Shown: positions 13,284 through 23,021 of the stretch, piece after piece
Layout: each line of letters begins with the position of its first letter
How positions within the stretch are numbered: position 1 is the stretch's first letter
DNA from: Candidatus Pampinifervens sinense
GTDB lineage: Bacteria; Aquificota; Aquificia; Aquificales; Aquificaceae
Direction: 5' to 3'
Length of the DNA: 63,054 nt
Assembly (NCBI GenBank): GCA_037927135.1
Contig: JAXSPP010000003.1
Location: forward strand, 104,471-167,524
The notes under the pieces: generated by a model
The model's database searches: none
What the model saw: only the letters and a program-made list of their open reading frames with translations
Told to the model about the DNA's origin: nothing
Translations under genes and position numbers: made by a program

Positions 13284-13624
13284 GCTTTAATTGGAAAGAT
13301 TATGTAGATTTAGCAGAAGAACTATTAAAAAGGGAAGATGAGGCAAGCCATAGAAGTGCTGTTAGCAGGGCCTATTATGGTGTTTTCTGTATAGCAAGGA
13401 ATAGACTATCAATGACTTATGACAAGTCAAGGTCTGTGCATTGGCAAGTTATAAAAAGGCTTGGGGAATCAAACAATCCAAAGCATAAAAAGCTGGCTAA
13501 AATATTATCAGACCTTAAGAGAGCCCGTGAACGGGCGGATTATGAGGAAGATTCTTTCAAACGGGAGGATGCAGAAATAATGGTATTGTTAAGTAAGGAG
13601 GCCTTAAGCCTGTTGAAAGAGTAA
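13280..13624 (+). CDS. HEPN domain protein
   Basis: F-x-W-x-DY-x-x-LA, RSAVSRAYYGVF, H, and RERADY motifs of small standalone HEPN proteins. Confidence 0.8.
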   Translation: MSFNWKDYVDLAEELLKREDEASHRSAVSRAYYGVFCIARNRLSMTYDKSRSVHWQVIKRLGESNNPKHKKLAKILSDLKRARERADYEEDSFKREDAEIMVLLSKEALSLLKE

Positions 13625-13637
13625 AATATACATAGCC

Positions 13638-16600
13638 ATGTTTATTACCAACGAAAAGCAAAAAAGTTTGGGGGAAAGGCTAAAGGCTGTAATAAAGGAT
13701 AGTAGGGAGCTAAAGTTTTTGACGGCCTTTTTCTATTTTTCGGCCATTCCAGAGCTTTATTCGGCATTGAAAGAAAGGTATGAGAAGGGGGATATGCAAG
13801 AGGGCTTTATAAAGGTTTTAGTGGGGCTAAACGTGGACCTTGCCACCTACAGAATATACGAGCATGCCTTTGTAGAGGACCCAAGGAAAGACTTTTTAAA
13901 ATCCCTTGAGAGGGCTTTCAATTCTCAGGACTTGGACATAAAAGAGGTCTACGAGCAGGCAGAATTCTTTTTGAGGCTTTTGGAAGAAAAAAAGCTTATT
14001 TTAAAAAAGACAAGGGAGCCAAACCATGCCAAGCTTTACCTATTTAAACTCTCATCGGAGGCCATAAGATACCCCTTTTTTATAACTGGAAGTAGCAACC
14101 TAACAAGGGCTGGCCTAAACCACCAGCATGAGTTCAACATAGAGATAGGATTGGCGGAGTATGGAACAAAGGCTGAAGAATATTTTGACAAGCTATGGGA
14201 GGATGCGGTAGAGATAAGCCCAGAGGATGTTATAAAAACCATAAGAGAAAAAACCTTTATGAAAAAGATAACACCCTTTGAAGCATGGCTTTATCTTCTA
14301 AAGCTTTACCTTGAGCTCAACACAAGCTTTGAGAAGGAAGAGTGGGAAAGGGCGGAAGAGATTTTGAGAGGAGCAGAATATAAGCCTTATAAATATCAGG
14401 TTGAGGCCATATTGCAAGGTGTTAGGAGCCTAAAGGAGTATAACGGTGTGCTTTTGGCAGATGTGGTAGGACTTGGAAAATCTGTTATAGCCTGCGGTAT
14501 TGCCAGAATGCTTGGCAAAAGAGGCTTGGTAGTCTGCCCACCCCATCTTGTGGGAGATAAAAGTGCAAACTGGGGATGGAAAAAGTATTTAAATGATTTT
14601 AAACTTCACGATTGGGAAGTATGGTCCTTAGGAGAGCTTGAAGATGTATTGGATTTTGTAAAAAGGAACCCTGATATTGAGATTGTTATAGTGGATGAGG
14701 CCCATAGGTTTAGGAACGAGAAGACAAAAAGATACCACTACTTGCATGAGATATGCAGGGGGAAGATGGTAATGCTACTTACGGCCACACCCTTTAATAA
14801 CAGGCCATCGGACATATACGCCCTTTTGAAACTTTTTACCGTGCCCGCCAGGTCAAACTTGGTCCTTGATGAGGACATTGAAAGCCTGTTTAAAGGCTAC
14901 GAGAATGAGTTTAGAAGGCTTTTGAGGGAAAAAAGAGAAGCTCAAAGCAATAGAAAAAAGGAGATAGAAGAAAGGCTTAGAGAAATAGCAAAGGAGATAA
15001 GGAGTATTATTGAACCAATAACCATAAGAAGGAACCGCTTGGACCTAAAGTATTATGGTGAAGAAATACCAATGCCAAAGGTGGAAGACCCAATAGCATG
15101 CTACTATGAACTCACCAAAGAGCAATCTGAGTTTTACGATGAGGTCATAAGGTCCTTTGAAGAGGATGGAGAATTTAAGGGAGCCATATACTACCCTGCA
15201 AAGTATTTGAAAGACAAGGAAGAAGACGTCTTTATGGAAGAGTCTCAAAAGAACCTTTACAACTTTATGAGGAGGCTTTTGGTAAAGAGGTTTGAAAGTA
15301 GCTTTAATGCCTTTTATAAGAGCATAAACAACTTTATAGAATTACACAATAAGGCTTTGGATTTTGTAAAAAGGACAAAAACCTTTATCCTTGACAGAAA
15401 ATTTATGGAGGACCTTTTGGGAGAAGAGGATGATGAGAAGATAGAAAAGGCCATAAAGGAATACATTGAAAAACTGGAAGAAAATACAAAGGACAAAAAA
15501 TACCAGAAGGTCTACAAGCTTGAAGACCTAAGAGATGAATTTGTAAAACACATAGAAGGGGATATTGAGCTTTTCAAGAGGATAAAGGAAAGGATGAAAA
15601 GCCTGAGGCTTTTGAAAGAGGACCCAAAGGTGGAAAAACTAATACAAGAGGTGAAAAAATACATAGATGCTGGAAGAAAGGTTTTAATCTTTACCGAGTA
15701 TGTGGATACGGCCAACTATCTTGATAAAAAACTCAAAGAAGTATTCGGTGATAAGGTATTGACGGCCACAGGCCAGTTTAATAAAAGTATGATAGATGAA
15801 ATAAACAACAACTTTAACGCAGAAAAGGATGATGAAGGGAAATACCATATACTTATAACAACGGATAGACTATCAGAAGGTTTTAACCTACACAGGGCTG
15901 GTGTGGTCATAAACTACGATATTCCTTGGAACCCAGTAAGAGTAATACAAAGAGTGGGAAGGATAAACAGGATTGGCAAGAAGGTCTACGATGAGATATA
16001 CATTCTAAACTTCTTCCCAACGGAGAGGGGAGAGAGCGAAACAAGACAAAGGGAAATAGCCCAAAGCAAAATGTTTATGATACACGATATACTTGGTGAG
16101 GATGCGAAGATATTCTCTCCAGAAGAGGAGCCAAGCCCATCAAAACTTTATGAGAGATTAACCAAAAACCCAGAGGAGCTGGAAGAAGAATCCTTTATCA
16201 CATCACTGCGCAAAGAATGGGAAGCCTATCAAAAGGAGTATGGAGACATCATACAAAGGCTTGAGAATATGCCCACACGCCTAAAGGTGGCCAAGCCCTA
16301 CCAAAGGGATGAGCTAATAGTGGTAGTAAAAAGTGGCACAGACCTTTTTGTGGTAAAGAAGGACCAAGATGGCATAAGGTCCGTTGGCTTTGAAGATGTG
16401 TACGAATCTGTAAAGGCACAGCCAGACACGCCAAGATTGCCCCATAGCCCAAGCTTTTGGGATAGCTACAATAAGCTTTTGGAACATCTTGAAAAGAGGC
16501 AAAGAACTAAGTATGCAAACAATTTAAGGAACATAAACTCTGCCTTTAATGTGATAAGAACTGTGGAAAAGAAGTATGGGCAGATGCTAAGCGAGGACGA

Positions 16601-16850
16601 AAGGGAGTTTTTACAGAATATAAAGAAGGACATAGAAAGCTATAGGACCCTTACGGAAGAGGCCATAAGAAGGATACAAGAGTGGGGAGAATACTTAGAT
16701 GATTTAGAAAAGCTAAAAGAAAGCATAAAGGAGCTTATGGATGAGCTTGGAAAAGACTTTTTGGAAAAAGCTGTAAAGGGCAAGGAAAAAGAAAAAGTAG
16801 TTATAATATCCATAGAAAACAGGGGGCAGGAAGATGGAGAGGCTTATTGA
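13638..16850 (+). CDS. PLD-nuclease domain/SNF2-type SF2 helicase fusion
   Basis: NHAKLYLF...GSSNLT...E (single HKD-type PLD); LADVVGLGKS, VDEAHRFRN, LTATP, SEGFNL, WNPVRVIQRVGRINR. Confidence 0.9.
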   Translation: MFITNEKQKSLGERLKAVIKDSRELKFLTAFFYFSAIPELYSALKERYEKGDMQEGFIKVLVGLNVDLATYRIYEHAFVEDPRKDFLKSLERAFNSQDLDIKEVYEQAEFFLRLLEEKKLILKKTREPNHAKLYLFKLSSEAIRYPFFITGSSNLTRAGLNHQHEFNIEIGLAEYGTKAEEYFDKLWEDAVEISPEDVIKTIREKTFMKKITPFEAWLYLLKLYLELNTSFEKEEWERAEEILRGAEYKPYKYQVEAILQGVRSLKEYNGVLLADVVGLGKSVIACGIARMLGKRGLVVCPPHLVGDKSANWGWKKYLNDFKLHDWEVWSLGELEDVLDFVKRNPDIEIVIVDEAHRFRNEKTKRYHYLHEICRGKMVMLLTATPFNNRPSDIYALLKLFTVPARSNLVLDEDIESLFKGYENEFRRLLREKREAQSNRKKEIEERLREIAKEIRSIIEPITIRRNRLDLKYYGEEIPMPKVEDPIACYYELTKEQSEFYDEVIRSFEEDGEFKGAIYYPAKYLKDKEEDVFMEESQKNLYNFMRRLLVKRFESSFNAFYKSINNFIELHNKALDFVKRTKTFILDRKFMEDLLGEEDDEKIEKAIKEYIEKLEENTKDKKYQKVYKLEDLRDEFVKHIEGDIELFKRIKERMKSLRLLKEDPKVEKLIQEVKKYIDAGRKVLIFTEYVDTANYLDKKLKEVFGDKVLTATGQFNKSMIDEINNNFNAEKDDEGKYHILITTDRLSEGFNLHRAGVVINYDIPWNPVRVIQRVGRINRIGKKVYDEIYILNFFPTERGESETRQREIAQSKMFMIHDILGEDAKIFSPEEEPSPSKLYERLTKNPEELEEESFITSLRKEWEAYQKEYGDIIQRLENMPTRLKVAKPYQRDELIVVVKSGTDLFVVKKDQDGIRSVGFEDVYESVKAQPDTPRLPHSPSFWDSYNKLLEHLEKRQRTKYANNLRNINSAFNVIRTVEKKYGQMLSEDEREFLQNIKKDIESYRTLTEEAIRRIQEWGEYLDDLEKLKESIKELMDELGKDFLEKAVKGKEKEKVVIISIENRGQEDGEAY

Positions 16851-19800
16851 AAACCTGATAAATCAATTTTCCTTGAGTAATCTTAGAAAATTCTTTGAAG
16901 AAAAGCTAAGAATAGAGCTAAGGGAAGAGGAAGATGTTTTGCCAAGTGTGGATTATGAAGAATACTTTGGAAAGCTTTATGTTTTAAAGCCTTATGGAGA
17001 GGAAAGCATAAAGTTAAAGGATGATACCATAGCCATATATGCCATAGAAAGCAAAAAGGAGCTATCGGAAAGAAGCAGTAAAAGAAGGCAGTTTGAGCTT
17101 GCAAAAAGGCTTTTGGACTTTGAAGACGGTGGCTTTTTTGTCTTTTATGATAAAAAGGGCAATTTTAGGTTCTCTTTTGTTCATAAGATTTATAAAGGCA
17201 GAAAGACAGAGTTTAGCCACTATAAGAGATATACCTACTTTGTTCAAAAGGGAAAGCCTTACAGGACCTTTAAAGAGGCCTTATTGGAATTACAGCTTGA
17301 TAGCATAGGGAGTATCACAAAAGCCTTTGCTGTCCAACCCCTTGTAAAGGAATTTTACAAGGAAATTCAAAACTGGTATGCTTGGGCTTTGAAAGACGAT
17401 AGAGTCTGGTTTCCCGGTGGGACAAAGGAAGAGAACCTTATAAGGCTTATTACAAGGCTTATATTTGTATGGTTTTTAAAGGAGATGAGGCTTGTGCCGG
17501 AAGAAATTTTTGATGAGGAGAGGTTAAAGGATATAGTTAAGGACTTTGGAAGTGGAAACTACTACTACAATGTCATACTTCAGAACCTTTTCTTTGCAAC
17601 CTTGAACAGGGAGGTCAGCAAAAGGGAGTTTGCAAAGGAAGGGGATTTTTTACAAAACAGAACACACTTTGGAGTTAAAAACCTATACAGATATCAAAGC
17701 TTTTTAAAGATTCCACCAGAGGACTTTATAAAACTCTTTGAGAAAACACCCTTTATAAACGGTGGGCTTTTTGAGTGTTTGGATGAAGACAGACAATATG
17801 TGGATGGCTTTTCAATGGAAGAGAGCAAAAGGGCAAAGATTCCAGATGAGTTTTTCTTTTTGGATGAAAGAACAGAAGACCTGTCTTACTTTTATGGCAC
17901 GAACGCAAGAAGGGAAAAGGTAAGAGGACTTATAAACATCCTTAAAGACTACAACTTTACGGCAGATGAAAACTCTCCTGTGGATGTGGAAGTATCTTTG
18001 GACCCAGAGCTTTTAGGGCATATCTTTGAAAACCTTTTGGCAAGCTACAACGAGGAGATACAAACCACCGCCAGAAAGGCCACAGGTTCTTATTACACGC
18101 CAAAGGAGATAGTGGATTTTATGGTGGAGGAAAGCCTGAAGGAATACCTTAGGACAAAAACAGGCATTGAGGAAGGAAGCGTAGAAAAGCTTTTTGGCTT
18201 TGAGGAAAATGTGGAGCTAAGCGAGGAAGAGAGGCACAAGATTCTTAAAGCAATAGATGAGATAAAGGTATTGGACCCTGCCGTAGGTTCTGGAGCCTTT
18301 CCTATGGGAGTTTTACACAAGCTTGTTTATCTGCTTGAAAGGATAGACCCAAACAATGAGCTTTGGTATGAACTGCAATACCAAAAGGCATTAAAAGAAG
18401 CCAAGGATATACTAAGGATAGAAAACAAAGACACAAGAGAAGAGCTTTTAAAGGAGCTTAACGAAAACTTTGATGAGGCAATAACTTACCCAGACTATGC
18501 CAGAAAGCTTTATATTTTGCAAAACTCCATATACGGTGTGGATATTCAAAACATAGCCATCCAGATAACCAAGCTAAGGTTTTTCCTATCTTTGATAATA
18601 GACCAAAAGCCAGACCCAAGCAAAGAAAACCTTGGCATAAAACCACTTCCACACTTGGAGACAAACTTTATAACTGCAAATACTTTGATAGGCTTGGAAA
18701 GCCAAGGACAGGAAAGAGTGCTTGAAAGTCCTAAGATAACTCAGCTAAAGGCAGAGCTAAAGAAGCTTTACAAAAAGCACTTTTCCATAAGGTCAAGGGA
18801 GGAGAAGAAAAGGATTCAAGATAGGGCAAAGGCTATAAGAGAAGAGATAAAACAAGAGCTTGAAAGAATAGGCTATTCAAACGATACGGCTCAAAAGATA
18901 GCAGAGTTTGATATCTTTGACCAGCTTGCAAGGGCAGATTGGTTTGACCCCGAGTGGATGTTTGGAGTGGTGGATGGGTTTGATATTGTGATTGGAAATC
19001 CGCCGTATGTGAGGCAAGAGAAAATTAAGAAAGATAAACCATTACTCCAAAAACAAGGCTACGAGGTTTTCACATCCACCGCAGACCTTTATGTGTATTT
19101 TTACGAAAAAGGTTATCAGCTTTTGAAACAAAAGGGCATTTTGGCATACATAACAAGCAATAAATGGATGAGGGCAAAGTATGGAGAAAATCTGAGGAAG
19201 TTTTTAAAAGAAAAAACCACCATCATAAAGCTTATAGACTTCGGCGGTTATAGAGTTTTTGAACAAACAGTGGATACTTGCATCCTTCTGTTCAAAAAAG
19301 AAAAACCACCAAAGGGACACACCTTTGAGTTTTTAACGGTGCCAAGCGATGTGGAAGACTTAGAAAGCTATTTGAGAAAAAGAAGCAAGTATTTAATAGA
19401 ACAGGAAACTGAAACGGCACTTAAAAGGGTGGAGTCTTGGAGTGAGGTTAAAACTTGGCAAGGTTTTAGGGACTGGCAGACCGCTTATGTTGGAAACTGG
19501 CAAACTATGTTGCAAGAAAAACTCTCCAACAACGGCTGGACACTCGGAGATGACAAAGTTTTGAGCTTAAAAGAAAAGATTGAAAAAGTAGGAAAACCCT
19601 TAAAAGAGTGGGATGTAAAGATTTACAGAGGAGTTTTAACGGGCTACAACGACGCTTTTATCATAGACACGCAAACACGAAACAGGATTTTGGCAAATTG
19701 CAAGGATGAAGAGGAAAGAAAGAGAACAGAGGAAATAATTAAGCCAGTTTTGAGAGGCAGGGATATTAAGAAGTATAGGTATAAGTGGGCGGGATTGTGG

Positions 19801-20403
19801 GTAATTTTGGCTACAAAGCATACAATAACTTCTTGCGTCTTAGATTACTTAAAAAAACATAAAGAAGCTTTAGAGAAGAGGGCTGGTAATCAAGAATGGT
19901 ATGAACTACAAGCACCACCAAGCAAAGAAAAAATAAGTTTGCTTTTATTGGATAAAATAGGTTATTCTGATATAGGTTTTAGATTTGCTTTTATACAGAA
20001 TGGAATTGTTGGGCTTAATACAACCTATTTTATAATACCTTACAAAAATAGAGAAAATAGAAGAAGAATTTTGCTATATTTACTTGGAATTTTAAACTCC
20101 AAGCTAATTATGTTCTATTATCGCAATACTGCCCAAGTTTTATCAAAGGAAGCTACAAGAGGTTTTTCAATATATGTAGAACAACTCCCCATCCCTCCCA
20201 TCACTCCCCAAACCCAACCCCTCGCAGACCAAATAGTCCAAAAAGTCCAAGAAATCCTCACGCTTACCCAATCCCCCGATTTTGAGACCAGCCAAGAAAA
20301 ACAGCAAAAAGTCAAAGAACTTGAAAGAGAAATAGACCAGCTGGTTTACAAGCTTTATGGATTGACGGAAGAGGAGATAAGGATAGTGGAGGGAGAGTTA
20401 TAA
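16834..20403 (+). CDS. Type IIG-like (Eco57I/TaqI_C) restriction-modification enzyme / amino-methyltransferase
   Basis: GSYYTPKEIV, VLDPAVGSGAF (SAM binding), FDIVIGNPPY (catalytic), C-terminal TRD with YLLGILNSKL and EIDQLVYKLYGLT. Confidence 0.92.
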   Translation: MERLIENLINQFSLSNLRKFFEEKLRIELREEEDVLPSVDYEEYFGKLYVLKPYGEESIKLKDDTIAIYAIESKKELSERSSKRRQFELAKRLLDFEDGGFFVFYDKKGNFRFSFVHKIYKGRKTEFSHYKRYTYFVQKGKPYRTFKEALLELQLDSIGSITKAFAVQPLVKEFYKEIQNWYAWALKDDRVWFPGGTKEENLIRLITRLIFVWFLKEMRLVPEEIFDEERLKDIVKDFGSGNYYYNVILQNLFFATLNREVSKREFAKEGDFLQNRTHFGVKNLYRYQSFLKIPPEDFIKLFEKTPFINGGLFECLDEDRQYVDGFSMEESKRAKIPDEFFFLDERTEDLSYFYGTNARREKVRGLINILKDYNFTADENSPVDVEVSLDPELLGHIFENLLASYNEEIQTTARKATGSYYTPKEIVDFMVEESLKEYLRTKTGIEEGSVEKLFGFEENVELSEEERHKILKAIDEIKVLDPAVGSGAFPMGVLHKLVYLLERIDPNNELWYELQYQKALKEAKDILRIENKDTREELLKELNENFDEAITYPDYARKLYILQNSIYGVDIQNIAIQITKLRFFLSLIIDQKPDPSKENLGIKPLPHLETNFITANTLIGLESQGQERVLESPKITQLKAELKKLYKKHFSIRSREEKKRIQDRAKAIREEIKQELERIGYSNDTAQKIAEFDIFDQLARADWFDPEWMFGVVDGFDIVIGNPPYVRQEKIKKDKPLLQKQGYEVFTSTADLYVYFYEKGYQLLKQKGILAYITSNKWMRAKYGENLRKFLKEKTTIIKLIDFGGYRVFEQTVDTCILLFKKEKPPKGHTFEFLTVPSDVEDLESYLRKRSKYLIEQETETALKRVESWSEVKTWQGFRDWQTAYVGNWQTMLQEKLSNNGWTLGDDKVLSLKEKIEKVGKPLKEWDVKIYRGVLTGYNDAFIIDTQTRNRILANCKDEEERKRTEEIIKPVLRGRDIKKYRYKWAGLWVILATKHTITSCVLDYLKKHKEALEKRAGNQEWYELQAPPSKEKISLLLLDKIGYSDIGFRFAFIQNGIVGLNTTYFIIPYKNRENRRRILLYLLGILNSKLIMFYYRNTAQVLSKEATRGFSIYVEQLPIPPITPQTQPLADQIVQKVQEILTLTQSPDFETSQEKQQKVKELEREIDQLVYKLYGLTEEEIRIVEGEL

Positions 20404-20430
20404 TAAAAAGCATGAAGGAGGGAAAGTGAA

Positions 20431-21225
20431 ATGACAAACATAATCTCAGAAGCTTTTGAGAAGTTTATTGAGGAATGTCTTAAAAATTATGAGATTAGTC
20501 CAAACTTTGAGAAGTTGGTTCTAATAGCAGACAGCCAAACCAATGGTAGATTTACACCGTTGATAAAAATTATAAAGCACTGGAATGGAAGGATTGGAGA
20601 TATTATGGACCCTTTATTTTTAGAAGCTGTAGCTTTATGCATATTTTATAAATCTCCATTGAAGAGTAAAAAGCCATCACAATATCCTAAGTTTAAACGC
20701 TTTGATGATTTTCCAAAGGCTTTGAAAATGTTTTTCTCCAGTCAGATATTAATAGAAGCTTTACGAAACGGCTTAGAGATATTACCCTTAGAGATGTTAC
20801 CTTTATATATCCGAGGCAATAAACTACCAGAGGCCAAGCCTACCAAGTTAAAGGAATTTCTTTATGATGTAAAGAATTTTATAGAAGATTTTAGAAAAGT
20901 AGAGGACAGCATAAGATATAGAAGAGTGGTGGATGAAGTATTTCCAGAGCATCTTGGTTTAACCCCTGAAGAGGTAAAAAAGAAAAAGAGAAGGATTGTA
21001 GAATATATCTTTGAAATAGCGGGCAAGGGCTATATACCAGATGTAATAATAGACCAAATGGTAGCCGGATTTAACATAGATTTACTTCTTACCTTTAATG
21101 ATATAGGAGCCATTAAAAACACAGCATCAAAAATAACAGAGGCAATTGAGCTATCTAATACATCACCAGAAAGAGCAATGGAAATTTGGAGAAACATATT
21201 AGGCAACTGTTTTCCATCTGTATAA
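20431..21225 (+). CDS. SMODS/CD-NTase-like helical protein apparently lacking the catalytic NTase core
   Basis: N-terminal IISEAFEKF...NYEIS, then NGRFTPLIKIIKHWN...FLEAVA and C-terminal AMEIWRNILGNCFP. No GS...DxD motif. SD GGAGGG. Confidence 0.55.
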   Translation: MTNIISEAFEKFIEECLKNYEISPNFEKLVLIADSQTNGRFTPLIKIIKHWNGRIGDIMDPLFLEAVALCIFYKSPLKSKKPSQYPKFKRFDDFPKALKMFFSSQILIEALRNGLEILPLEMLPLYIRGNKLPEAKPTKLKEFLYDVKNFIEDFRKVEDSIRYRRVVDEVFPEHLGLTPEEVKKKKRRIVEYIFEIAGKGYIPDVIIDQMVAGFNIDLLLTFNDIGAIKNTASKITEAIELSNTSPERAMEIWRNILGNCFPSV

Positions 21226-21361
21226 AACATGACCTAAATCATAAACACAACTCATTGAGTTCCTTGAAATATTTTAATGGGACAATTTTAAGCTATAACA
21301 ATATGATATGCACCATATTATGAAAAGGAATGATAAACTCACATGCTAAAATATTAGTGCA

Positions 21362-22537
21362 ATGATTACAGAACTAACAATTTCTAACTTTAGGTCCATA
21401 AAGAAGCAAAAAATAAAACTTGGTGCTTTAAATGTGCTTTATGGACCAACGGCAAGCGGAAAATCCAGCCTACTATATGCTCTTATGGTATTTAACAAAA
21501 TAATAACCAATCCAAACCAACCCATAGATAACTTCTTTGACCTTGGATTTATAGACCTTGGAGGCCTAAAAGAGTGCCTTTATGGAAAGGATGAAGAATT
21601 GGCCATGGAAATATCTTACTCAACAAACTCTGGAGAGTTTGGTATATCCCTAAAAAAGGACAAAGCAAACACCTATCTTAAATACAAAAACATTAAGCTA
21701 ACTGCGGAGTTTAGCATACCTTATAAACAGACAAAGATATTTGAGACAAAAATAGACCTTAAAACTCTAAAAGGTAAAGCCTATTGGAATGGTTTTTATG
21801 TGCTTGGCTTGTCTGGAAGCGTGGAGGAAGAAGGACAAACTGGAAATTTAATCTCTAAGCTTAATGAAATAGCCAACACTATTAAACAGGTTGATATAGC
21901 ACCGCATAACCGTGGATTTTTTGAAGCTTTTTATTCACACTACCTAAGGTATGAAGTTCCACACGTCCTTATATCCGATGAAGAGGTAGCATCAGCCATA
22001 ATAAACCAAGAAGACCTTGTACCAAAAATAAGCAAAGCTTTGGAAGAGATTGCAAACAAAAGCTTTAGGATACATCCTATCCAAGGCATACCATTATCAA
22101 GATTTCTTATACAGGAAAAAGGTTCAAATCAAGAGATTTTAATTACCAACGAAGGCTTTGGAATTAATCAGGTAGTTTATATGTTTGCAAAGCTTTATCT
22201 AAAAGACAAAAAGATAATACTCATAGAGGAACCAGAAATACACCTACATCCATCCATTATTAGAAAGCTTGCAAAAATTATGTGTAAAATTGTGGAGGAA
22301 GAGAACAAACAGATTATATTGACTACACATAGTGAAGTTTTTGTATCTTCCTTATTGTCTGCTATTAGAAGGAAGGATATATCACACAAAAAGGTAAAAT
22401 TCTATTTGGTAGAAAAGGAAAAAGGAGAGACCATATTTAAGGAGCAGGAATGTGATGAGAAAGGGAGGATAAAAGGCGGGCTTTCTTCTTTTATGGAAGG
22501 AGAATTAGAAGACCTAAAAGCATTTTTTGAAATTTAA
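21362..22537 (+). CDS. ABC-type (AAA_15/AAA_21-like) ATPase
   Basis: ISNFRSI, Walker A GPTASGKS, EGFGINQ signature, Walker B ILIEEPEIHLHP, TTHSE H-loop. Confidence 0.9.
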   Translation: MITELTISNFRSIKKQKIKLGALNVLYGPTASGKSSLLYALMVFNKIITNPNQPIDNFFDLGFIDLGGLKECLYGKDEELAMEISYSTNSGEFGISLKKDKANTYLKYKNIKLTAEFSIPYKQTKIFETKIDLKTLKGKAYWNGFYVLGLSGSVEEEGQTGNLISKLNEIANTIKQVDIAPHNRGFFEAFYSHYLRYEVPHVLISDEEVASAIINQEDLVPKISKALEEIANKSFRIHPIQGIPLSRFLIQEKGSNQEILITNEGFGINQVVYMFAKLYLKDKKIILIEEPEIHLHPSIIRKLAKIMCKIVEEENKQIILTTHSEVFVSSLLSAIRRKDISHKKVKFYLVEKEKGETIFKEQECDEKGRIKGGLSSFMEGELEDLKAFFEI

Positions 22538-22539
22538 AA

Positions 22540-22998
22540 ATGATTTTGGTAATAGATGAATGGATATGGCATGTACTCATAGGGGAACATGGAAGAGAAG
22601 AACAGGAAAAGGCAATAAGGTTTTTAATAAAAATGATAGAAAAATGTGATAAACTGGCTGTAGCCCATAAATCAAAGTTTGAAGAGAAGTTGCGGAAATT
22701 TTTAAAACAAAGTGATACTGAGAATAGGAGGGTAGCAAGAATACTTACTAACAATATATTTTATAACAGTGATAAATACCTTGAAGTTCAATTAAGGGAA
22801 AAGGATATAAATATTGAATGCGTTAATATTGACGATAAATATTTAGTAAACCTGTGCTATCAATTGATGGAAGATTACGGCGAGAAAGAAGTTGTGTTTA
22901 TAACCACGGATAGGAAACTAATAGAATGCCTTAAAAAAGAAAGTAGCAAAATAAATTGTTATACGAAGGAAGATTTTCTGGAGAACTATCTTGATTAG
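22540..22998 (+). CDS. PIN-like domain protein (putative RNase)
   Basis: Acidic residue after the first strand (ILVIDE), DDKYL, and FITTDRKL match the PIN acidic pattern; starts 2 nt after the ATPase stop. Confidence 0.65.
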   Translation: MILVIDEWIWHVLIGEHGREEQEKAIRFLIKMIEKCDKLAVAHKSKFEEKLRKFLKQSDTENRRVARILTNNIFYNSDKYLEVQLREKDINIECVNIDDKYLVNLCYQLMEDYGEKEVVFITTDRKLIECLKKESSKINCYTKEDFLENYLD

Positions 22999-23021
22999 AT
23001 TTTATTATCTCTCCAAACGGC

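Noticed and set aside
19380-19510. Trp-rich WQ(T) pseudo-repeats in the Type IIG protein as an intein or repeat element
   Set aside because: Only ~40 aa, with no intein terminal motifs and degenerate nucleotide similarity; likely a small insertion.
21249-21261. Palindrome AACTCA-T-TGAGTT upstream of the ATPase gene
   Set aside because: Single short occurrence in AT-rich DNA with no supporting regulator; could be chance.
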